A DNA stretch of 59,544 bases, counting the filler, from Ionaspis alba (Eukaryota): NCBI GenBank assembly GCA_964255285.1. It is 4 parts of 4 records of this genome, joined end to end, with 100 filler letters (N's around TTAATTAATTAA, not from the genome) between each part and the next. Parts side by side here need not be neighbours in the genome. Positions count along the whole stretch, not along the records: positions 44,754 to 59,544 come from CAXUUL010000400.1; 3 more parts are not named here. One strand, 5' to 3'. Position numbers and translations under genes: made by a program. Numbering within the stretch: position 1 is the first letter of the stretch; each line of letters begins with the position of its first letter. Below are positions 50,301 through 59,544 of the stretch, piece by piece. Under the pieces are notes generated by a model. That model was not told the DNA's origin. It did not search any database and saw only the letters and a list, made by a program, of their open reading frames with translations.

Positions 50301-51691
50301 GATCCTCGTGCTTCAGCTTTTGGATATCGAAAACAATGCTATAACCTGGTTCATCAAGTAATCACATCCTTGGATCAAGCTTCCAACCGTAGTCCAGACC
50401 TTGTGGACGGTCAATATACGCCAGCAGCGAAGCGACGAGGCGAGGCATATGAAGTCATTGACACCTCTGAGGACGAAGCGTTTCAGACGGATCTATACGA
50501 CTGGTATCTTGCCCAAGGTCAGGCGGATCGATTGTTGGAGATTCAATCTCCATATGTAATAACCTACTTGATCAGAAGATCATCCGAAGACATTGCGCAC
50601 GCAGACCTCCTCTGGAAGTTCTATAGCCAATCGAATCGGTCTTACGATGCGGCTGACGTTCAACTGGAACTTGCTAAGAGTGCGTTCGAAATAACACTAG
50701 ATCGACGTATAGAGTACTTGAGTCGAGCAAAAGCAAACGCAGCATTGAATGCGCCTGGTGTTGGGCGGCAGAAACGCCAGACCCTTCTCCATAGGGTGTC
50801 TGACGCGCTCGATGTAGCAAATATCCAGTCTGATCTTCTACAAAAGATCAAGGGTGATCCGAGAGCAACTGGCGATCGCAGAGCTGAGTTGCTCAAAGCA
50901 TTAGATGGTCAGATACTGGATATCAACGTGGTAAGCAACAGTCCAATACCCCAGTGTATATTGTTCTGGCCCAACTACCGCAAGCGACCAGCTTGCCCAG
51001 ATGGCGGCTGTGCGGCGCAACTAGCAAAAAACCACGAGCAAGTACCATTCTCTGTTTCTTCCCAAGCTGATCTTTGGTCTAGCTGTACAACATGTACTGC
51101 GAGCCGGCCGCATATTATGACCTCAGCCTCCTCATCTACCAAGTGGCCGATTACCGTAACCCCACCGACATCCGAGACACCTGGCGTAACCACCTTGAGT
51201 CTATACACGGGAAAGCCATACAAAACAACACCTCTCTCCCGTACGAAGCCGTCGCGGAAGAAGTTCGCACGCTAGGCACCCGCCTCGCGCTCTCCGAAAC
51301 TCATTTCCCTGTTCCTGTGTTGATTCCTCTTCTCGAGCGCTACGCGTTCGAGTTTCAGCGAGACGTTGCGGCCGTTCCGACATGGGTCGTGGACGTTTTC
51401 CTAGACATCGGAGTCCCGGCTGAGACAGTGTTCGCAGTGTTGGAAGAGATGTTATGTGGTGAGGAAGCACCGTTTACCGGAAGAAATAGAGGCTTCATTG
51501 CAGATGATGTACTCTATGTGGCGCAGAGATGGTTCGAGGATACGAGTCGACATGGAGTCATTTTTGGTGGAGAGGAGAATGCGAGGGGTGTCTTGGAGGT
51601 GCTCGGAACGCTAAGTACCCGAGGACTGGGAAGGGAGAAGGCCGTTGTCTGCGAAGAGTTGAGAGCCACAGCTGAGAGACTTCTTCGTTGA
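47327..51691 (+). CDS. NUP170: Nucleoporin Nup170/Nup157 (Nup155 family), multi-exon
   Basis: TPQRPLPGAY N-terminus, MGLFAEINHAW.AIDN..YLWDY, NELAVQY, YGRGET.ATALAVAC, LRRRCGSFCSADDV, DE.FQ..LYDWY, RIEYLSRAK. Confidence 0.95.
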
Positions 51692-52405
51692 AGGGCTCCA
51701 GCAGAACCGATGACTTGGAACTGAGTGGCGACTGAGTTTCTGACAAAAGATGATGCGGGAATGATTTTCGATACAATCGCCGTTGACATTTGAACAGATT
51801 GGCGATCTGCGTGAGAACTGAAAAGCATGTACGCTACACGTATCCAACAATTGGCATTTTCAGCGTGGCGTTTAATGGGGATTATAAAGGACGGCATGAA
51901 GGTGGGCATGGATAGGTCTCGATCTGTTCGCAAGCATTGCGTGAATGCAGAATCTCAAAGCATCTGCAGAGAGTCGTTCTAAAAAAGGCCTTGGCCTACT
52001 TTTGAAACCTTAGTTCTTGCAGCTGTCGCGACGCCCTCTTCATTGCTCTGTTTAATCCCTCGATTCAAGAGCTGGTCTCCCTCGCAGTGCCTCACAGGTT
52101 TTCACACAGTTGGCGACCTACCGCCAGTGATGCTTCAGTCTACCATCCATGAAAAGCCTGACCTCAAACTCGAAATGCGGCCTTACAGAACGTGGCACTA
52201 GAGATAGCCAAAGCTTCTTAAGCTTCACAAAATCTAGTGCTTCAACTAGGGGCGAAACTTGTGGAGTGCGAGCGTTGGTACACGGCTCTTTCTTGGTTAC
52301 TTAGATCCATGAAACGTGTTGTGGACGAAGCTCTTGGTATATATGGTGATGCAGCAACTAGGAGTCATGCATTATCGCTATTGAACATGGTACCGCATTT
52401 GAAAT

Positions 52406-53987
52406 TCATTCCGGATAGACAGTTTCGATATCCTCACGACCAGCTCGGCAAATGTACTCGACCGGGTATCTCCCTTCCGTGCGGCTCGGCTGGTAATACA
52501 CCATGGCAGGGTAAGAGACTTCGATAGAGCGATCTCGGTATACGGTCAATTGGCTTAGTGATTCGCCTGTCTTCCACATCCGAAGAACGTAAAAGAGCTG
52601 CCGGATCGTGGATTCGTTCAGGGGTATCAAATCAGAAGGACCGGTATCATCGAATTGAGTGAAAAGAGTGATTCGTTTGACGGAGGAGTACCGAGCTATA
52701 GTAGTAAGATACGCATAGGGCTATGAGTTCATCAGCGTTTGCACTTAAATCTAAAGGAGGGTAAATGAACCCAGTCCCCATCGCAGTGGATAGTGATCCC
52801 CAAGTCCTGCAGCTGTGGACAAAACCGCTTCAGACGCTCGAGCTCCAGTGTTCTGTCTCGCAAATGTGTTTCATCCCAAAATTTGCTCCAACCGTGGATA
52901 TGTAGAGTCCGTAACGATCGTCCGTAAGTCTTTAGTGACTCGAGTGGGAGGAAGGCATCTTCAGCGATCCATTTGAAGCAATGAATCCCTCTGCTGGAGG
53001 ACAGGAAGCTCGAAAAGGAGTCGGCAATCGTAACGTTACTAAGATTTGGGGTCGCATACTCAATCTGGCGGACGGTCAGACATTCCAAGGACATCTCACA
53101 GCCACGGATATCCTGTAAGCGAGAGAAGCAGTCAACTTCCAGTTTCCGAAGATTGCTCCAGCATCCAGCTTTTGATAGGGCAATCATGTGTTCAGGGAGA
53201 AAGGCACATTTGTCCAAAGACAATGATTCAATCTTGTGAGTCACCTCGTTGGCCGTCAAGGCCATCGACGATACATGCATGGTGGGCGGAACAATTCTGT
53301 CATGACCTGTGACGTTCATCTTCCCTATCAAATGAAGCTTGCGTAGACCCGGCGAAGTTGTCAAGATTTTAAAGAGCTTGGCACGCGAATAAGTACTGCA
53401 TGGCGAGTCTGGGAATCCATCGAACGATCCTTCCAACTCATAAAGAGCGGTGGAGGAGCATAGCGTATCTGGGACCAAGTTCAAGTTTGGGCTACCCGCA
53501 AAGGCACCAGCGCCCCAGTCCGAGACGTGCAAACGAGCGTTCGGCCTGTATTGCTCCAAGCTCTCGACGAGTGCTCGTGGAGCATGCCCTCCAGACCACC
53601 AAAGATCCTGGAGGCGATCGAGCTTGGAAAGGACGCCGGTGAACAGCTTCCACCGGGGAGAGTCCACGTTAGATGAGGTTGCCTTGATATGGAGTTGGTG
53701 TACATAGTGGATCTCAGGATTGTTGGCTGCGTCTAGGCGGGTCAGGAGATCTTTGGAGCGGATATCACAAATAGGTGAAAGGTCAATGCTGACGAATCTC
53801 AGGATCAGAGGGCGTGAAGCATGATGAAAGTCACTAGAGACCAATGCGCAGGAGAGTAAACTTCCGGGAGTGCCATCGTAGACCTGTGGGTTTTAGCGAT
53901 GAAGAAAGCGTCGTTATCATCTGGAAGTTACCTCCTCACCTGCTCGAGTATGTGATACACAACGTCAACGTTCAGGAAGACATTCAT
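52406..53987 (-). CDS. F-box-like / LRR(RNI-like) hypothetical protein, 3 exons
   Basis: MNVFLNVDVVYHILEQ|VYDGTPGSLLSCALVSSDF F-box-like start; repeated L..L.L patterns (LRKLHL, LRKLEV, LRTLHI, CPQLQDLGI); last exon PYAYL...VYPE-stop. Confidence 0.65.
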
Positions 53988-54161
53988 GGTGCTTCAGATA
54001 GTCACGACCTCTCCGTGACTGACAAGCTGCATCACAAAAGCGTATGAGACTTTCCTCCCCCAGATTCAGTCGACACATAACAATTGTAGTCTGTTTTCCT
54101 GAAGACGAGAATGAAGGACCTGTTGAGTGGTGGAGAGCGAGTTGATACAATGTGAGTAATA

Positions 54162-54261
54162 NNNNNNNNNNNNNNNNNNNNNNNNNNNNNNNNNNNNNNN
54201 NNNNNNNNNNNNNNNNNNNNNNNNNNNNNNNNNNNNNNNNNNNNNNNNNNNNNNNNNNNNN
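54162..54261. other. Intra-scaffold assembly gap (100 N)
   Basis: Plain run of 100 N without the spacer 12-mer. Confidence 0.95.
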
Positions 54262-54503
54262 CTACCAGTCAGTCAACTCAGCCATCATGCTGAGGCAACC
54301 ATCCTTCTGCAACTCGACTCAACAAAATATTTTCTCCTTTCTTCTGGATGTGAGGGTAGCTAGACTGCACGCAGTCCACTATCATGGTTCTACGTCGATC
54401 CATTGACGGCTTCATTACCGCTTGTCGCCCAGGTTGATCTGCGCATCCGCGCTTAGCTTCCACGTCCCAGCCTTGTGCCAGATTGTGACTTTATTACTCA
54501 ATC

Positions 54504-56224
54504 ATGTCGGGTGTCGAGGTCATAGCAGTCATAGCCTGTGTCGCCGCCGTCGTATCGGCTTTCAAGGATGGGCACGCCATTGTCGAGTCCATCAAAGAGA
54601 AGCGCAGGGCAAAGAGGGGATATCTACCATCAAGATACCTCGAGGAATCCTTGGCGCGAGGGCCTCCAGCCATCGAGGCCGAGAAAGAGTCGGGGGTGGA
54701 GAGGTTTGGCGCTGCCTTCAGTGTTGGGGATAGTATGTCATCTGGGCTATCTTGCTTTACCATTCCGGTCTTTGTTTACAATTTCTAGGGATTGCTAGCG
54801 ACACACTGAGAAACATCGCTCTTGAGCTTCAGGCCAGTCTTCTGTCCCATCTGCTCCGGGCACAGAATGATGATTCCGTCACCGATTTTCGACTTCTGAT
54901 TCATACCTCCGACATGGGAAGAGTGAAGGCTGTAAGGGCACTGTGCGATCTGCACATGCGACTGGATACTGCAAGACCCATCGACCGGCGACTGGTGGAT
55001 GACTCCTCCCCGTCAGATTTGAACAAGTTGCTCAACATTGTTATGCAGAATCCAGCAGGTAATGCTCAAAGTTATTATATGCCTGCTGTGACTCCTCAAC
55101 GACAGTTGATGGGTGAAACGCAAGACATGACGGACGTGAATCGGGTGTCGACCGTCACAACGCTAGCTGACAATAATGACACTGCAAACCGAGGCGAAAC
55201 TCCGGTCATGGTGAGTTCGGAAAGTCCAAAGCAGAGGTGGAAGCTTCCATTCTTCTCTCCGCGTTCCATTCAACAGCGCCGTCCAAGCGAGGCAAAGGTC
55301 ACCGACTCCTCGTCTCCCACTGCATCGACCACTCAGCCTCCTTCCGTGGTGAAGACGAGCCATCATATCGAAAACTCTGCATGGCCTCTTGGCTCCGACC
55401 CCATTTCTCCAACCGGGAACGGTCAGAAAGCCCAGTCCCGGTCGTCTCTTCCCACTTCGCCGGACTGGGTGGAGGAAAATCCATGGCTTGACTCGACCAG
55501 CGAGCACAACGACGATCAAATTACACTTCACGAAAAGTCAAAAGACAACCCCATATCTCTGTCGCAGTCGACTCCGGTCCCTACGCCCCGAATATATGTC
55601 CCTTCGGCCAGCAATGGGTACGGTGGATTCTGTAAAGGGGCCTTCAACTTTCAAGTAGGCTCAAAGGATGCGATCAAATTACGGAAGGAGCAAGTGATTG
55701 TGCAGGCAATCGTGCATTACTGGGGATGCTCCAGTAGTAAATGCGCCTTTGAAGGGCCAGCGACCAAAGAGGGCGACGAGTGGATTTATGACAATAGTAT
55801 TCGTTCTTGTCACGGAGTTCGGTACCGGTGGTCCTTTCTGGCCAAATCACATGTGACGCTCAAGAAGGTGAAAAACAAGACCTTTCATTACAGATGCATC
55901 TTTTGTGTATTGCATGGCCTTGAGTCACCTGTATACCAGAGCACAGGTAGTCTGATGCAACACATTGCTCAACACCGTGATCAACATTTTGGAGACGCTG
56001 TACTGGACCGGGCGAATTGCATCAATGACAGAGTCGCCGTCGAGGAGGACAACTTCGACGTCAATCTTCCACCGGTTGACCACCACCACCACCATCCAGC
56101 GCACAACACATACCGCGGCACGAACGGTCTCGATCTCATGGCTACGTCGCGACAACCGTCATCAGTATATCCGGCATCTGGGCCAAGCGATTCTGGACGA
56201 ACAGTCTCTTCGTCGGAATCGTAG
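54504..56224 (+). CDS. Uncharacterised protein: amphipathic/helical N-terminal domain, disordered middle, Cys/His-rich C-terminal domain
   Basis: MSGVEVIAVIACVAAVVSAFKDG start; intron near 54734-54788; C-terminal GFCKGA, CSSSKCAFEG, VRYRWSFLAKSHV, YRCIFC...LMQHIAQH. Confidence 0.75.
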
Positions 56225-56810
56225 TCCTCTTCCCAGAAGAAAGGGAGCGCGTTCTAGCTGGACTTTGCGCCTTAAGAGCAGTCCGCAAAGCAGGTTGGTA
56301 GCACGATGTTTCTTATCATGCCAGTCGACTGATTTTCATTAGCTTGAAACGGGACCAGTGATCAGTTGTTTGTCGGAAAGATTCAACGACCTTGTCCCAA
56401 TAGTCTCGTCCTTACGCAATGAGCTCATCAGCCACACCGACCCAAGGACTTGGTTCTTCGTTCGAATATCGAGGAAGCATCTTGGCATAGATGTGCTCGC
56501 GTATTGGCAACGCTCAATGCTGCGGTCATAAGGCCAGGCTTTGTAGCAATTGCTCCTCTAGCAGGGATATGCAACAACATGTTGGTTGGCTGGTGTCGAC
56601 AGAGTGAGGTGAAAGGTCATGAGTGGTAGGCGTGGGGATGAACCAAGAGGATCTAGGATATCCCTTCCTGATGATTAAGCAAGTTTCTGAAGGTCTTCTG
56701 TCGGCCTTTCTTGCGCCGTTTTGTAAGATTAAAAAGGAAATTGAGAGGCTATGCAGATTATGTGGTTAATCGTAATCATCGAGTTGGCCGACTAATTTCT
56801 CCCTTCGTAG

Positions 56811-57338
56811 ATGGCGGAAGCTAGTCCAAATACTCCACCAGTACTCTGTACATACATGGAAATTGATAGCGCTAGACGGGAGAAACTCGCACCGATATCC
56901 GATAGCGCGGTTTCATCATGGCCAGAGCTTTTCCCGATCGAGACGACTCTTGATGTTCCACCAGCTCCAAAGCGGACAGCCGCAGAAATTCGACGTCCAT
57001 ACACACATGGTGGAGATTATTACGGTTACTTTCGTACTCGTACATACCGCTTCATTGCATCCTACTATGGAGTACTCGTGCACATCACCGTTGCTATTGG
57101 TACACATCTCATGATTAATGACGACGACGGCGGAACGATCAAGATAGGATCACTACTAACAATAATAATGATCGAACCGTTCTTAGCCCCTTTCATTTGC
57201 ATCCTCCGATCTCAATTCTCGGCCACCAACATGTCCGCGATGAAGGAGCTTACCCGTCCATCAAGCCAGTTCAACCACCCCCTGAACTATGTACAACCTC
57301 CTCCAGGCCAACCTCATCCCTTAGCCTGGACCCACTGA
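56811..57338 (+). CDS. Possible small orphan membrane protein (175 aa)
   Basis: ATG-initiated ORF in otherwise empty intergenic space with two hydrophobic stretches; no recognised motif. Confidence 0.25.
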   Translation: MAEASPNTPPVLCTYMEIDSARREKLAPISDSAVSSWPELFPIETTLDVPPAPKRTAAEIRRPYTHGGDYYGYFRTRTYRFIASYYGVLVHITVAIGTHLMINDDDGGTIKIGSLLTIIMIEPFLAPFICILRSQFSATNMSAMKELTRPSSQFNHPLNYVQPPPGQPHPLAWTH

Positions 57339-57850
57339 ATGATCCAACCTCCCATTCGTTCAAACCTTCGCATGTCGAGAGGCACGGAGAGTCTGGTTCG
57401 TCTCGCTTTGCCTGCTGCAGATCCATGCTGTCCCACGAGGCTATCGGTCAACTCTTCATGCTTGCAGCCAATATGCCTTCATCACCCAACACGAACACCC
57501 TTCCCAGCTTTCCTCTTTTGGGGGCTTCTGCCCGGAGCTTCCAGTCCCCATGTCCTACCTAATTACAGTACTGTCCAAGCACCCTCGAGCATCTCTTCGC
57601 GTAAGGCAGTGTCGTGCAAGCTGGTGAGAGAAAGATTGCCTGATCCCCCTTCGCGTCAGCCTCAGGCTTGAGGGTCTAAAGCAATACGTTCCACCTCTTT
57701 TCATTATTTTCCCGTTTGCTGTCCGTGATTTTCGCAAACTATCGTATCGGATTCTCGCTCAACCTCTTGCGCACTGGGTCTAATTAGTTGAGATTCCTCG
57801 TCCTGGTAGTCGCAATCGTCTGTCCCATCTTCCTCACAATCGAGTTGACC

Positions 57851-59176
57851 ATGTCGAACCTCCTTGCGCGACAATTTTTCCATCCCTCATGTCCAAGAGG
57901 AGGAGATTTCTATGCTTGCGCCACGGGGTCGAACTTCGTAGGATGCTGCGATAGCGAGCCATGTGCTCATAACTGTGCGGATGGCAATCTTTCACCCGCC
58001 AGTTTCGACCCAGCACTCTACGGCACCTTCGCCGACCAATCGTGCCCGTCAGGTAGCCGCTGGTATACCTGCAAAGCCACGAATCCTCCCTTCATGGGAT
58101 GCTGCAAGTCCAATCCGTGCGCTGCCAATGGATGTCCTGACGGCGATCTGACGGCAGCTTTTCTGTCGTCGAATCCCAAAGCTGCTGCTGCCTTCCTTGG
58201 AAGTACCGTAGCCAGCAGCGCCACGAGTACTGCTTCTACGGCTTCGAGCACTTCTACTATATCCTCGACCACAACACCGACAGGCAATGTTCTACCAGGA
58301 GCGCAACCTGCCGCTACTCCTGTACCAGTCCCCAGTTCTCCACCTACTGGTGCAATAGCTGGAGGTGCAGCTGGTGGAGTAGCCGTCTTAGCCATCCTCA
58401 TTGGCCTTCTCATATATTGTTGCCGTCGCAAAACAGCTGCATCCCGGCGACAGATGAATGAGCGAAATCCCAACTATCACGAAGAAATATCCGCATATTC
58501 AGCCCACAACGCTTACGACAAAGGCGTCCCGGTAGCAGCGGAATTTAAACACAGTCCTTATACAGGTAAGCCTTGACACCGCTCCATCCCACAATCTCCA
58601 CCCTTTCCCGACGACCTATCAATTGGAAAGTGCAACAATTGACTGACATCATGACCAGATTCCGCAAACAATACCCCCCTCCCAACCTACCAACAATATC
58701 ACGCCCATCCCTCGGACATCAAACCGCCCTCGTCCGCTCACCCCTCCATCCACCCCAGTCCCTCCTACGAACTTCCCTCCACAACCACCGTCCCCACAAC
58801 ACACGAACTCCCCCTCACACCCGCCTCCCCAATGAAACAGTCCAACGGCCTCAATATTACAAACGCACAACACCCTGCACCACCAGTCCCCCGCCCCTTC
58901 GCGCCCTACCGCTCCAGTTCCCGCGCCTTGTCTCCAGCGCCCGGCTCGGAGCTAGCGGGTGATGAGGATATCATAAGATCGAGATATGAGCTTGATGGTG
59001 GTAGTACGAATGTGGGGATGGATGGGAGTGCGTTGGGGCCTCAGAGGTGGGGTGAGGGTGGTGTTGCGCTGGGACGGGATGGAAGTGGGAGTGGAGCATT
59101 GGGACAGTCGGATGGGAGGAGGCTTTGGGGGAGTGTTGGGGGTCAGGAGGAGAGACCGGTGCCGGTGTCGAAGTAA
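57851..59176 (+). CDS. Single-pass membrane protein: duplicated Cys-rich ectodomain, Ser/Thr stalk, TM helix, Pro-rich cytoplasmic tail
   Basis: CPRGGDFYAC...FVGCC..EPC and CPSGSRWYTC...FMGCC..NPC repeats, STASTASSTST stalk, GAIAGGAAGGVAVLAILIGLLIYCCRRK TM; intron ~58566-58658 joins to a tail ending at 59176. Confidence 0.8.
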
Positions 59177-59544
59177 GAGGCAGATGGGAGGGTGGGACGA
59201 AGGTTTTGGGGCTGGTGAGGAGTTTGAGAGAGGGGGCATTTGGTGAGGACTGGCGTTCGGTGTTACGTGGTTATAAAAAAGAGATGGGCGGTAGGCAGTG
59301 GTGGGTGGTGGTTTTTGCTTTTTCTTTTCATATTCACTTTGTATATTATGACCGGCTACAACTACTTTTAGATTCTGGTGAACATAATTACTAGCACTTG
59401 GCTTACAGTCTTGGTTCGAATATTCTACATTAGATGAAAAGATCTGTTCTCGCTATTGTGCATGATATGTGACATGTTTGAACCTTGTAGAGCTGGGCAA
59501 TCGCCATAGAGGCCAAAGGCTGGCTGGTTAGCTGAATGCCTCGT

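Overview
Intron-rich genomic DNA of a filamentous ascomycete (Pezizomycotina); no prokaryotic features, CRISPR arrays, RNA genes or recognisable transposons were seen. The window is not one locus. It consists of four pieces of 14823, 14822, 14808 and 14791 nt joined by an identical artificial 100-nt spacer (N44-TTAATTAATTAA-N44), which looks like a length-sorted concatenation of unplaced scaffolds. Piece 1 (1-14823) is a secondary-metabolite gene cluster truncated at both ends. It holds a PaxC/LtmC-type indole prenyltransferase, a divergent Pyr4/PaxB-type membrane terpene cyclase, a membrane-anchored class B flavin monooxygenase (the canonical class A IdtM epoxidase is not seen), an SDR, a glutathionyl-hydroquinone reductase-type GST, a Pth11-like membrane protein, a DHA2 MFS exporter and a partial GNAT. 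This non-canonical indole-terpenoid cluster is the main candidate for a new system. Pieces 2-4 are mostly housekeeping genes (PRE2, NAB2, HEM14, PYM, QCR9, UBR1, GPI11, Ubl-AN1, SAC7-like RhoGAP, TIM9, SFA1, AIM41, NUP170), plus F-box and uncharacterised proteins. Gene models and splice sites were read by eye, and family calls rest on remembered motifs rather than database searches.
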